A stretch of DNA of 64,000 nt from a virus. Both the position numbers and the translations under genes were made by a program. Location of the stretch: positions 37,628 through 101,627 of the IMG/VR virus record IMGVR_UViG_3300022674_000045; one strand, written 5' to 3'. The notes beneath the pieces were generated by a model. That model ran no database searches and was not told where the DNA came from. It saw nothing but the letters and a program-made list of their open reading frames with translations. Every line of letters begins with the position of its first letter. Positions within the stretch are counted from its first letter, which is position 1. Shown piece after piece: positions 40,080 through 49,921 of this stretch.

Positions 40080-40343
40080 TTATTCGCTTTTCCCTTTATA
40101 TCTTCCTTTTTCATCATAGTATCGTGTACCATATTTATTCTTTATAGCGTACCCTTGATATTGACCATGTTCATTATAAAATCTTATTCGATTACTCTTT
40201 TGTCTTTGTTGTGAGTATCCTTTATAATGACCTTGATCATCATAATATCTTTCTCTTTGATAATAAGAATCTGTATAGACTGGAGAGATCGTGCATGAAC
40301 ATAAAAATAATATCAATGAACTAAGAATTAAAATTCTTTTCAT
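40080..40343 (-). CDS. Putative lipoprotein with YYDxxGxYxG repeats
   Basis: Start MKRILIL at 40343 after AAGGAG; LFLCSC lipobox-like motif; three Y/F-Y-D/N-xx-G-x-Y-x-G repeats. Confidence 0.6.
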   Translation of the reverse strand: MKRILILSSLILFLCSCTISPVYTDSYYQRERYYDDQGHYKGYSQQRQKSNRIRFYNEHGQYQGYAIKNKYGTRYYDEKGRYKGKSE

Positions 40344-40347
40344 AATA

Positions 40348-40518
40348 TTACTCCTTTTCTTTATAAAGATCTCCATCAATACAAATCATATAAGTTGACC
40401 ATATGGCAGCTTCTTCTGTTGCGCTAATAACTTCTTCTCTGGTCATACCAAATTCTTTCATCATTTCTTCGATTGATAGAGAGTCTGCTTTAGCATACTC
40501 TATTCCATCTTTAATCAT
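40348..40518 (-). CDS. Small hypothetical protein (56 aa, not in ORF track)
   Basis: MIKDGIEYAKADSLSIEEMMKEFGMTREEV...; overlaps upstream stop (ATGA). Confidence 0.5.
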   Translation of the reverse strand: MIKDGIEYAKADSLSIEEMMKEFGMTREEVISATEEAAIWSTYMICIDGDLYKEKE

Positions 40519-40949
40519 TCCCCATTTCCTAACATAAATAACATAAATGCTTTAAACTGTTCTTCTGATAATTTGACTGGAGGTAATTTATTACTTCCAA
40601 CAACAAAATGCTCTCGATTCCATCTTTTTCCATAAATTTCTTTTATCATTTCATATGACATAAATTTATTTGACAATGATTTGAATTTTATTAAACCATA
40701 ATAATTTCTATCGAGCCATATATGTTCTACAACTTTTCCAGGTATTTGTTTTTCTGTTATTATTCCCAATCCATGTAATCCGTGAACACCAGGAGTTTCT
40801 TTTTCAGTACAATATATAGTTATAAAATCTCCTTTAATGTTTCTTCCTTCATTAAAGTTAAGATTTTCTTCTCTGAATGCCCATGCTCCTTTTTGGTGAG
40901 CTGCTAAAATATTACTGTATGAATCTGATAAAGCTAAAACAATACTCAT
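40515..40949 (-). CDS. EVE/PUA-like domain protein
   Basis: AW..KGDFITIY..GLGII..PVKLSEEQF pattern. Confidence 0.5.
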   Translation of the reverse strand: MSIVLALSDSYSNILAAHQKGAWAFREENLNFNEGRNIKGDFITIYCTEKETPGVHGLHGLGIITEKQIPGKVVEHIWLDRNYYGLIKFKSLSNKFMSYEMIKEIYGKRWNREHFVVGSNKLPPVKLSEEQFKAFMLFMLGNGE

Positions 40950-40953
40950 CTTT

Positions 40954-42744
40954 TTATCCTTCCGTCACTAACTTTCTCTTTTCCTCTGCACTTGAAAACA
41001 ATTCAATCAATGCATCAATGTTTTCACTATATTGAATAGGGATCAAATTTCTTGTTCCTTCATCCAATAGACATATCCTTAGTTGATGTGGAGATAATTC
41101 TCCAAGGCCTTTGAATCGTGTAATCTTACGACCCTTCTCTCGTGCCTTTTCTAACTCCTCATCACTCCATAATGGGATAAATGTTTTCCCTTCATTGATT
41201 GCAAATAGAGGTGTCTGGGCAATAAAATATTTCCCTGCTTGTACCACTTCTGGAATCAAGATACCCATTACCATACTAACCAGACAGGCAATGTGATTTC
41301 CGTCATGATCAGCATCCGTTGAACAGATGATCTTATCATAACGTAATTTCTCAATGTCAAATTCTGGCCCCACCCCTGTGCCAAGAGCTCTAATCAATTC
41401 ACCCACTTCTTTATTATCCAAGATATTTTTCTTGGTTGTAATGTTGGGTATTGATTTTCCTCTTAGGGGAAGGATAGCATGTAACTTAGGGTCTCTTGAT
41501 TGTATTATTGATCCGCCAGCTGAATCTCCTTCAACGATAAACAACTCGCCGTTTCGATTCGTGCAGTCTCGTAATTTTGTGAATTGTGTGGATGCCCTTC
41601 TGCCACCTGAACCATTAACTTTTAATTTTTTTGCATCTAATGTTTTTCTATACTCTGAAAACTTTTCCAGGTATTCAATTAACAATGATTCTTTTTGTTG
41701 AGCGAATTGCTCTAATTGAAGTTTAAAATCTCTAACAAATTTATCGAAATCTGTTTTTCGATTTGTGAGTTTATCTTTTGTTTGTCCTGAAAACTTTGGC
41801 TCTATTAGGCTCAGCATTAAATAAGCTCTTAATCTCAACAATGCATCATTCGGTTGAAATTTCAGATCATACTTTTTGCCCTTTGCCATAAAGAAATCTT
41901 TCAATACATCAAAGATTGCAATTACATGTGTTCCACCAGAGTCAACAGGTAATAGATTTACTGATGATATTACTTTTGGAGCTACAGGTCCTTCTTTCTC
42001 ATATGCAAATAACATATGAAATTTTTCAGGTTTCTTGTCTGATTGCAATAGTGTAGCTTCAACTTTTTCTTTTCCTGTTAAACAATTAAATTTGAAATGA
42101 TCTTCTTTACTTAATTGGAATACTTCTTTCTTATCATTTATAATTAAAACGAAGCTAATATCATTTGGCATTTCTGCTGATGCAGTCGTTAACCTTCTCC
42201 GTATTCTATTCAAATCTGGTTCCAATGTTTCAAAGAATTTCGGATCAGGTGTAAACTCGACCTTTGTAGCGAATGGTCGACTTTCTGTATATTTCTCTAT
42301 AACAGATTGCTTTAACTTTGTATTTTTAAATAAATACTTAGCATGCTGTTCATCCCGGTATACTTCTACTGTATAATCTGTGCTTAATGCATTTATGGCA
42401 ACGAGACCAACTCCATGAAGACCGGAGCTGATCTCATATGCCGATTTTTTATCTTGGAACTTAGCACCTGAAAACAATTTCATAGAGACGGTGATAGGGG
42501 TATCACCTTCAATAGGAATACCCCTACCATCATCAAGGACCGAGAACTTATTAAGCTTTGTATCAATAACGACTGCGATGATTTTAGCATGGCCAGCAAG
42601 AGCTTCGTCAAGAGCATTATCCAAAGCTTCTTCAATCAAATGTACAGGATTGTTTGTTTCCCCAATGTACATCCCAGGATTTAACCTGATATGTTCAACT
42701 TCTTCTAATACTCTTACATCTTTTGCACCATACTTACTCGTCAT
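40954..42744 (-). CDS. Type IIA topoisomerase B subunit (GyrB/ParE-like)
   Basis: EALDNALDE, DDGRGIP, GLHGVG, EGDSA, PLRGK, DADHDG and RFKGLGE motifs. Confidence 0.93.
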   Translation of the reverse strand: MTSKYGAKDVRVLEEVEHIRLNPGMYIGETNNPVHLIEEALDNALDEALAGHAKIIAVVIDTKLNKFSVLDDGRGIPIEGDTPITVSMKLFSGAKFQDKKSAYEISSGLHGVGLVAINALSTDYTVEVYRDEQHAKYLFKNTKLKQSVIEKYTESRPFATKVEFTPDPKFFETLEPDLNRIRRRLTTASAEMPNDISFVLIINDKKEVFQLSKEDHFKFNCLTGKEKVEATLLQSDKKPEKFHMLFAYEKEGPVAPKVISSVNLLPVDSGGTHVIAIFDVLKDFFMAKGKKYDLKFQPNDALLRLRAYLMLSLIEPKFSGQTKDKLTNRKTDFDKFVRDFKLQLEQFAQQKESLLIEYLEKFSEYRKTLDAKKLKVNGSGGRRASTQFTKLRDCTNRNGELFIVEGDSAGGSIIQSRDPKLHAILPLRGKSIPNITTKKNILDNKEVGELIRALGTGVGPEFDIEKLRYDKIICSTDADHDGNHIACLVSMVMGILIPEVVQAGKYFIAQTPLFAINEGKTFIPLWSDEELEKAREKGRKITRFKGLGELSPHQLRICLLDEGTRNLIPIQYSENIDALIELFSSAEEKRKLVTEG

Positions 42745-42922
42745 CCAAATCCTCCATTGGTTTTGATTTAAACGCTGGAAAGAACACTACGCACATCAGA
42801 TACGCTAAACAGATTGCAAGAAACAATGTTCCCACACTTTGTATCTGACCTGCATATTGAGCGAGCCTCCAGATTTGCATCCATAGTAACAATACAATTA
42901 AAAATCTAGTTGTTTTTGACAT
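42734..42922 (-). CDS. Small two-TM membrane protein
   Basis: 62 aa with two hydrophobic segments. Confidence 0.55.
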   Translation of the reverse strand: MSKTTRFLIVLLLWMQIWRLAQYAGQIQSVGTLFLAICLAYLMCVVFFPAFKSKPMEDLDDE

Positions 42923-42924
42923 AA

Positions 42925-44202
42925 TTAAATCCTCACAACATAACCCGTTTGGTTAACAGATTTAGCTGTTCCGTTGGGAGTAATAACCCAGATAAGCTTT
43001 TTGGGTAAAAGCTTTCTTGGAATACTATTGATATCTTCAGTATACCCATCTGTAAATGCAAGGCATACATCACAATTCAATTCTTTTGCTCTATCAAGAC
43101 CGGGTTTTAGAGATGTTCCACCACGACCTTTAATATCAAATTGAATGTCACGAATCTTTTTGACCGCGTATTCCTTCTCTACTGCGGCATCTACTTCCAA
43201 TACGGTCGTATAGCAGTGACGGTCTTTTTCGATTATGTTCTTAACACCAGAGAGACCTTCCCGAACATCATCATCACTCATGCTTCCAGATGTATCAATC
43301 AAGACACAAATATCAAATGTCATGTCTCTCATCTTACCAGGAAACGGGGATATCTCTGGAATACAATCGTCACCTATTGTAAAAACATATGTCCGTTTAC
43401 GATTGATTCTTGTTGGGGATCTTTTAAACTTACTGAATCTTGTCCCTCTTACGAGTTTTCGTATTAGCTGATAATAGGGTGCCTTCGGTGGAGCAAGAGC
43501 ACCCTCTATCAACTGAGCTATATGAGCGGGAATTTTTCCTCGATCCTTATTAAAGCTTTTTACTGATTCCTTAATAATATTTTGTAGATGCTGATCTACT
43601 TTTCTTGAGAGAGCACTAATGTCAGAAACACCCTTAACATTTTCCATCCATTGTTTATGATCGTTAAAGGCACTACCTTTTCCATCCCCTGCACCACCAG
43701 GCATTTTGATCTCGATTACCTTTGCATCTTTCATCAATTCCAAGAAGTATTCTTCTGTTAGCTTTCCTTCTTCGAGATCCCATCGTGCTGGCAATTGTGG
43801 AGGCCAGGGTTTTCCATCAATAACAATTGGCTCTCTAATATTAGCTTGAACATTCACAGAACAATCTGTTGCAATATTCCATACTTTAATTTTAAGTTTT
43901 TGGCGAGAAACATTAACTTCATTTGCCAAAATCCTTAATAGACGTGAGATATGCTTATTCAACAAATGCATACCTTCATGCTCGATTATTTTGAGGATCT
44001 CTTTATCATCTGTTCTCTCAACCAGATCAGGTTCATATATTAATGATATTGTTCCATCAGTCTCTGGTTGAACCCCCATTATCGAACCGAAATTCTTTGC
44101 TGGTTTCCTTCTTATCCGCGAAAACAGATACCCCCAGTAATTATATTTTAATACGAATCTAGCAATTAAATGTTTTAATCTTTCGCCAGAGTTCTGTTCC
44201 AT
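42925..44202 (-). CDS. DUF2201-type metallopeptidase plus vWA domain protein
   Basis: HEGMH zincin motif, IDTSGSM MIDAS, GRGGT and FTDG; probable start MEQNSG. Confidence 0.85.
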   Translation of the reverse strand: MEQNSGERLKHLIARFVLKYNYWGYLFSRIRRKPAKNFGSIMGVQPETDGTISLIYEPDLVERTDDKEILKIIEHEGMHLLNKHISRLLRILANEVNVSRQKLKIKVWNIATDCSVNVQANIREPIVIDGKPWPPQLPARWDLEEGKLTEEYFLELMKDAKVIEIKMPGGAGDGKGSAFNDHKQWMENVKGVSDISALSRKVDQHLQNIIKESVKSFNKDRGKIPAHIAQLIEGALAPPKAPYYQLIRKLVRGTRFSKFKRSPTRINRKRTYVFTIGDDCIPEISPFPGKMRDMTFDICVLIDTSGSMSDDDVREGLSGVKNIIEKDRHCYTTVLEVDAAVEKEYAVKKIRDIQFDIKGRGGTSLKPGLDRAKELNCDVCLAFTDGYTEDINSIPRKLLPKKLIWVITPNGTAKSVNQTGYVVRI

Positions 44203-44212
44203 TGGCATCTCC

Positions 44213-45481
44213 TTATGATAAGGTACCCTCGCCAGCGGCAACAATCGGATCATAGAAATTTTGTTTGTATTTCTTTGACCCCTTCAGAAGGCTCAGATGG
44301 ATTTTTGTCATATACATGAAGGCTTTAGAAGACCGATCAAATGTATCAATCTGCGAAATGAATAATGCAGCTGTATCAATCGGCATCATCAATAGAAAAT
44401 CAAGCACATTCTGCAATTTCTTATCGTCATACTCGGGCATTGTGGTTGTCATGTATGTACAAAACCCAACCATCAATTCACCAAGCTTTGCATTATCATT
44501 GTTTTTCAATAGATCTTGAATTGCAGGTTTCACTTTATTGAATGACAAGAAAACATCTTTTGGGTTAATGTCTTTCTTATCTCTTGCAAACTCAATAAAC
44601 ATACGAGTCATGTGTGTATTTAACAAACCCGATGCTTTGATTTCAACTTCATCGAAGTCAATTGTGTTTCTGCGAATCTCCATCTTCCACAAATGATCCG
44701 ACAATTTCTCATAACTTGCTGGGTTTGCATATACCGACCCCAATTTTTGTGCTCGGAAATCATATAGATACTCCGGATGTGTCTGAATGAACTCGACAAC
44801 GAACGGATGAAAATCTTGTTCAATTGCATAATCCAAGAAATCAATTGCACTAACTTCCGTGTACACATGCAGCTGCCGTCTAAGACCTGCGGCATCTTCC
44901 AGGTTGTCCATTGAATATTCCGAATCGTCTGGGTTGTCGATTGAGATTACAAACCACCCTTTTGGAAATTGATGACGATGTACAGCATACTCATTTTGAA
45001 CCTGCCATAACAATTGCTGCAATTGATGGTCACCACGTGAGAACTCGTCAATTACAAATATTCCATATGTATCTTTATGCTTCGGAACGAAATCTGAATA
45101 CAACATTTTAAATGAATAATCTTCTGACCCCTCTTTCTTTACAGGGAATGGAATGATGAAATCATCCCTGGCTAAAACAGGAGATTTAACCATAATGCAT
45201 CCGAAGTCTTTTTTATTCTGTGGATTCTTTTCATTATGTGCACCGAAGATTTCTTGTGTTAGCTCTTCAGCAATTTGATAACAGATCTGTGTTTTGCCGA
45301 CGCCTGCTGGACCAATGACATGATAACATTGTTTGTCGACTTCACGACCTCTCGTCCACGCAGCAATCGTGTCCATAATATCATTTTTAATCAAGGTCTT
45401 AATTCGAGCGATTGACAAAACAGAAATGTTCAATCGCTCGAAATACTTTAATTCAGCTTCTTTCTTTGCGTCGTCTGACAT
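44213..45481 (-). CDS. MoxR-like AAA+ ATPase
   Basis: GPAGVGKT and VIDEFSRG; paired with vWA/peptidase gene. Confidence 0.85.
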   Translation of the reverse strand: MSDDAKKEAELKYFERLNISVLSIARIKTLIKNDIMDTIAAWTRGREVDKQCYHVIGPAGVGKTQICYQIAEELTQEIFGAHNEKNPQNKKDFGCIMVKSPVLARDDFIIPFPVKKEGSEDYSFKMLYSDFVPKHKDTYGIFVIDEFSRGDHQLQQLLWQVQNEYAVHRHQFPKGWFVISIDNPDDSEYSMDNLEDAAGLRRQLHVYTEVSAIDFLDYAIEQDFHPFVVEFIQTHPEYLYDFRAQKLGSVYANPASYEKLSDHLWKMEIRRNTIDFDEVEIKASGLLNTHMTRMFIEFARDKKDINPKDVFLSFNKVKPAIQDLLKNNDNAKLGELMVGFCTYMTTTMPEYDDKKLQNVLDFLLMMPIDTAALFISQIDTFDRSSKAFMYMTKIHLSLLKGSKKYKQNFYDPIVAAGEGTLS

Positions 45482-45514
45482 TACTTAACTCCTTTTGTTT
45501 GGTTGTGTAATTGT

Positions 45515-46462
45515 TTAGAAATCTATATCATCAAAACTGAATGTCTTCTTTCCTGGTGCAGCTTCTTCTGCTGGAGCTGCTTCTTGTTTCGGAGCTTCAT
45601 CAACTGATTCTCCTATTTCAAGAATGCCCTCCGGTGGTTTCTTTGTTCCGTAACCAGTTGTTGCACCCTTACCTTTTGACCAATCGAATTTATCATTGAA
45701 CTTATCAAGAGTGTCCTTGGTGAGCTTCAATATTTTCATTACTGCTTCATTTGGAATTTGAACTCCCTTTTCAAGTACGAATACATTAACATCATTTCCA
45801 TATGATGATGTTGCTGAACCCTTTGTAAGCTTGGTCACAAAGCGTTTGTTATTTACTACAGACTTCTCAAATTGTTTGCTCTGCTCTGTCACCGGAGTGA
45901 ATACAGGATCCAAATCTTCATTATAGCGATCATTCAAATATTCTGAAACATTTGAATATCTCATTCCCTTGCCACGAATGAATATAAATATTGGTTTCTT
46001 TTCCTCTGTTAAAATTGGACTTCCATTTGCATCACAGAAGATACCTGCAACCAAAATCTGTGCCCGGCAAGGATTGCAAAAATCATTTGCGGCACGCTCT
46101 GCTGATGTTAGAGGACAGGCACGTTTGTCTCCATTTGGCAAATTTGATGTTCCGTACCACGGAGCTGCTCCCTCTTTGTAAGAGAAACATTCAATTGTAT
46201 CACCTTTTCCTCTTTCGGTTTTAATCTTGGCAAGAATGTCTTTCGTATGTGTGATAACCATATGAACTTCATCTAAATTGTATTGCACACCACGAACTTG
46301 AAGCTTACCTGCTTGTTCTTCAACATTGATATGATTCTTTCTTGTTTTCCCAGCGATATATACACTGTGGAAAAATTCATCTTCCGGAGTTGTTGTTTCT
46401 CCGCTGCCGCCTTGAAACCCCATTCCTGAAAGGTCTTGAAAATCTTCAAACGATTCTACCAT
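45515..46462 (-). CDS. Putative single-stranded DNA-binding protein
   Basis: 315 aa with Zn-like Cys cluster, flexible linker and acidic FSFDDIDF tail. Confidence 0.55.
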   Translation of the reverse strand: MVESFEDFQDLSGMGFQGGSGETTTPEDEFFHSVYIAGKTRKNHINVEEQAGKLQVRGVQYNLDEVHMVITHTKDILAKIKTERGKGDTIECFSYKEGAAPWYGTSNLPNGDKRACPLTSAERAANDFCNPCRAQILVAGIFCDANGSPILTEEKKPIFIFIRGKGMRYSNVSEYLNDRYNEDLDPVFTPVTEQSKQFEKSVVNNKRFVTKLTKGSATSSYGNDVNVFVLEKGVQIPNEAVMKILKLTKDTLDKFNDKFDWSKGKGATTGYGTKKPPEGILEIGESVDEAPKQEAAPAEEAAPGKKTFSFDDIDF

Positions 46463-46482
46463 AATTACTTTTCCTCCGTCTT

Positions 46483-47130
46483 TTATTTATTTGGTACCAA
46501 GCACCAATTTTGACCGTTACGATCTTCTGGTATTGTAACAATCGAAAACTCATTATTAAACCAACAACGAATATATTGATCTAACAAATCACTTGAAATA
46601 AATTCACAAATTTTTTCATAAGCTGGCAGCTCGATTAATTCCGGATCTTCAATTGTAATCGGATTAATCTTTCTGACTTTTGAATCTGTTATTTCGCCTG
46701 TGATCAATTTTGGATGTGGGCAATAAACAATCACCAAACGCTTACCAACCATACGATAGATCTCATTTCTAAAAAGATAAACATTTGTATCTAAATCGTA
46801 TGCAACACTTTTAGCATTTAAAACTCTGTCGATTGAGGTATGCTGCCGACACAAGATCCCTTCTGGTGCTTTTTCCTTACAAATTTCACAATCAGAATGA
46901 TCAACCGTGTATTTAACTCTTAGCTCGAAAGCTTCATCAGCAGCCTTTGAAAAATACGAAAGTATTCTTCGCTTGTTCAATAAAAACTTCACAATAGTAA
47001 TTGGGTATACCTCTGCTCCCAATTTTTCAATGAACTTTTCTACTGAAACTTGTTTCATTAAATAACTCCTTATCTGTCGTTTTGAGAACAAAAAACCTTT
47101 TAAATTCCTTTCCTCTAGGACTGTTGACAT
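46483..47130 (-). CDS. Hypothetical protein with CxxC..CxxH motif
   Basis: 215 aa; CEICK..LCRQH. Confidence 0.65.
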   Translation of the reverse strand: MSTVLEERNLKGFLFSKRQIRSYLMKQVSVEKFIEKLGAEVYPITIVKFLLNKRRILSYFSKAADEAFELRVKYTVDHSDCEICKEKAPEGILCRQHTSIDRVLNAKSVAYDLDTNVYLFRNEIYRMVGKRLVIVYCPHPKLITGEITDSKVRKINPITIEDPELIELPAYEKICEFISSDLLDQYIRCWFNNEFSIVTIPEDRNGQNWCLVPNK

Positions 47131-47177
47131 AATATTTTATCCATAGTGAATAAAACTTATGTCAACAATCACTAGAG
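47113..47177 (-). promoter_or_regulatory. Long hairpin burying the start codon of 46483..47130
   Basis: CTCTAG-T-GATTGTTGACATAA-GTTTTATTCA-CTA-TGGATAAAAT-A-TTATGTCAACAGTC-CTAGAG, about 29 bp paired. Confidence 0.65.
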
Positions 47178-47222
47178 TGACAGGACGTAATGTTTATTCG
47201 ATCAAGCGATTTCTATCGCTCA

Positions 47223-48197
47223 TTAAAGAACCAATGACAAATACACAGGAACCCCACCTTGTTCGATCAAATCACCACCTCCACCGGACGTAGTATTGAC
47301 AAGGGTTGTTCTCAATGATCCATCTTGGCTCACTTGGTTTTGAGATTTAACATCAATAGACTCTAATATCGGAAGAATTTCCTGACGTAGATGTTGTGTA
47401 AAATCCTCCAACTGTTTTTTAACCTGATCTAATGTAGCATCGGCTGGAATATCAGGTAATATCAATGCAGATGGTTTCAACTTTCCCAGCATTTTCAACC
47501 GAAGCATTTCTGCTCCATAACAGCCGCGGATCAACAACTTCCAATATGCTTCCCAATGCTCACTACTTGGCATTATTTCAATACCAACAGGAACACCAGA
47601 GAACATAATGATTGCACCGATCTGACCATCAACAGGTTCAAACTCTGCTGCAAAGTCTTCAAGTGCATTTTTGATTTCTGGGGTATCATAGAAATAACGA
47701 AGATGCCCTCTATTTCCACCATAACCTGATCGTTGAACCGGAAGCCCTTCAAGCCAATTCTTAATACTACTCCACAACTTACCGTAACTATTGGCTTGTC
47801 TCAATGACGGCTTCAACAGGGCCTTTCTCAATGCGATTGGCAAAACATCTTCTTCTTCAGCACCATGCAAAAACCCACCTTGAGTTTCTTCAATACAACA
47901 TGCTGTGTTGAAGCTTTTTGACGAATGGCTTGCAACCACTCCAGACCCTGCCATGGCATGATCCTGTGCTCCCTTGCCTCTTACCATTATATTTGCTGGA
48001 ACAATTCCGGGCAAAGAGGCATCAGAGTTTTCAAATACCATGGTTCCATAACTTGTTGTTCTTCTAAACTTGAGAGTTTCCGGACCAGCTACCTCACCTC
48101 TGTTTTCCCCAAGAATAGGAACAACGGTCATCTGATCGACCGATTGAACATTGCCGATCTCAATACCACTGAATTTCAATTTATCGAAAATTGTCAT
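47223..48197 (-). CDS. ARPP-1 (DUF6569)-like protein
   Basis: Q....MTVVPI, AQDHAM..GVV, ACCIEETQGG and GQIGAII...GIEI pattern. Confidence 0.65.
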   Translation of the reverse strand: MTIFDKLKFSGIEIGNVQSVDQMTVVPILGENRGEVAGPETLKFRRTTSYGTMVFENSDASLPGIVPANIMVRGKGAQDHAMAGSGVVASHSSKSFNTACCIEETQGGFLHGAEEEDVLPIALRKALLKPSLRQANSYGKLWSSIKNWLEGLPVQRSGYGGNRGHLRYFYDTPEIKNALEDFAAEFEPVDGQIGAIIMFSGVPVGIEIMPSSEHWEAYWKLLIRGCYGAEMLRLKMLGKLKPSALILPDIPADATLDQVKKQLEDFTQHLRQEILPILESIDVKSQNQVSQDGSLRTTLVNTTSGGGGDLIEQGGVPVYLSLVL

Positions 48198-48211
48198 TTG
48201 TGATGACCTCC

Positions 48212-49732
48212 TTATCCAATTAGTTTTTGATATTTCTGCACAAGCAGCTTCCGAACCAAATCACGATTTTCAACCATCCGTTTAAAGATGATTTCCGTTT
48301 CAAGGAATTTATAATCCGCTAATGGCATCGGTTCTACATCTTGTGCCAATCTTCGTGCTGTTCCCTGTTTAGCATCTGCGGAGAATACAGGGTTCAGGTG
48401 CATAATATTAAAATCGTGCCCTGCATTTTTCAAATGATTGTAGGTATGTTCAAACATACCTTTTACTTCATTCTCATACCCATCTGAAATAACAATGATG
48501 TTTTTAACTCCGCTGGCAACAGCATCAACCAATCCTCTCCACAATGGAGTTGCATTTGATGGAATTAATGCTTGGATTTGGTTTTTACTTGGGGTGCTCA
48601 TAACCTTCCCTCCGACATAGAAAACATCTTTAACATTATCTAATGCCGAAACTAAACAAAGGGACGTTAGGAACGGGTGTAACGGTCTCTGATCGCTACC
48701 GACCATTGATCTTGAAGCATCAATAACTACAACACATTCACCAATATCAACACGATCCTGTTTTTCACCTTTAAGTGTAATAGCTTCCATAATATCATCC
48801 ATATTATCAGGATCACCGGTCAACAATTTGTGATAAAAAGCTTTCCACAAATCATAAAGATCTTGGGCCTTGTAATTGACCGTAAACTTTTTCGACCCAC
48901 TTTTCTTTGCTGCAGACTCCAACTGAATGCTTTCTTTTGTAGAAGTCTTTGCCGTGTCATAGATTTCTGATTTGTCGATGGCCAGCTTATATGTGTTTCT
49001 GAAACCCATAACTGTTCTCTGTGGCATGTCTTTCATCAGCTTGCGAAACTCATCCACATTACCCGTTTGTGCTGCATCTCTCAATGCCCAATACTTATCA
49101 ATAAGTGGGTAATATGCTGATAGACCATGACGGACTGGTTCTTTGTCGAATATATGACGAACGACTGGATATGATTTTTCATTATATCGACCAATCCACT
49201 TCGAGAACAATTTCAAATCTCCATTAAGAATCTTGTAGAGATCTTGTTTACCAAGAGCATGACGAATAAGAGTTTTCAATTTCCCCTTGAAATTGACTGC
49301 TAGGGAATCCAACTCTCTACTATCACGATTAAAAATGTAATCTAATATAAGCTTTCTTGTTCGTGCATTGTTAACCTTATTGAATCCTTCTGCTCCAGTC
49401 AGCATCAGGAGGTTTTTAAGGGCGCGTGGCACTCGTTCTTTAATAAGGTTATACAATATCACCTTTGACTCATAATCCACAGCAAGCCCAGCAGGGACCG
49501 GCAGGGAGGCGGAATTGACAGGATTTCCAAGAAGCATATGACTCATTGCCCCTTTAGAAAATCCGGTTCCTGCCAATAAGGTTGTTAAACAGAAAAGTGT
49601 CCGATCATAATTGAATAGATCAACCCACATCTCAACAACCCTGTTAAATTGTTCATCTGCATCTTCATAAAATGCACCTTTTGGAACATATTGAAGGATG
49701 CCTGAATCTAGTTGTAATTCTTTTTTTGCCAT
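48212..49732 (-). CDS. Ro60/TROVE-like protein (helical N-domain plus C-terminal vWA)
   Basis: 506 aa; ~330-aa helical region then VVVIDASRSM MIDAS, TPL and IIVISDGYEN; directly downstream of a structured RNA array. The vWA domain is solid; TROVE homology is inferred. Confidence 0.6.
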   Translation of the reverse strand: MAKKELQLDSGILQYVPKGAFYEDADEQFNRVVEMWVDLFNYDRTLFCLTTLLAGTGFSKGAMSHMLLGNPVNSASLPVPAGLAVDYESKVILYNLIKERVPRALKNLLMLTGAEGFNKVNNARTRKLILDYIFNRDSRELDSLAVNFKGKLKTLIRHALGKQDLYKILNGDLKLFSKWIGRYNEKSYPVVRHIFDKEPVRHGLSAYYPLIDKYWALRDAAQTGNVDEFRKLMKDMPQRTVMGFRNTYKLAIDKSEIYDTAKTSTKESIQLESAAKKSGSKKFTVNYKAQDLYDLWKAFYHKLLTGDPDNMDDIMEAITLKGEKQDRVDIGECVVVIDASRSMVGSDQRPLHPFLTSLCLVSALDNVKDVFYVGGKVMSTPSKNQIQALIPSNATPLWRGLVDAVASGVKNIIVISDGYENEVKGMFEHTYNHLKNAGHDFNIMHLNPVFSADAKQGTARRLAQDVEPMPLADYKFLETEIIFKRMVENRDLVRKLLVQKYQKLIG

Positions 49733-49842
49733 TGTTCACAGTCCTCCTTGTTCAAGTTTTGTTTCCAACGTGGGAGATTCATATCCAATTTTTTAGTAGA
49801 TTGAAAAAATTAAAATCAAATAGATTTTCCTTTAAATTGTTT

Positions 49843-49903
49843 TGGGAGAGATAAATGTGATCCGTTGAATTTTCGCCATTCTGAAATCACATTCAGTCTC
49901 CCA
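49843..49903 (-). ncRNA. Structured ncRNA array unit A
   Basis: TGGGA-GACTG-AATGTGATT-TCAGA..GGATCACATT-TATC-TCTCCCA. Confidence 0.7.
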
Positions 49904-49921
49904 TAGACAATTTTTGAAGGT

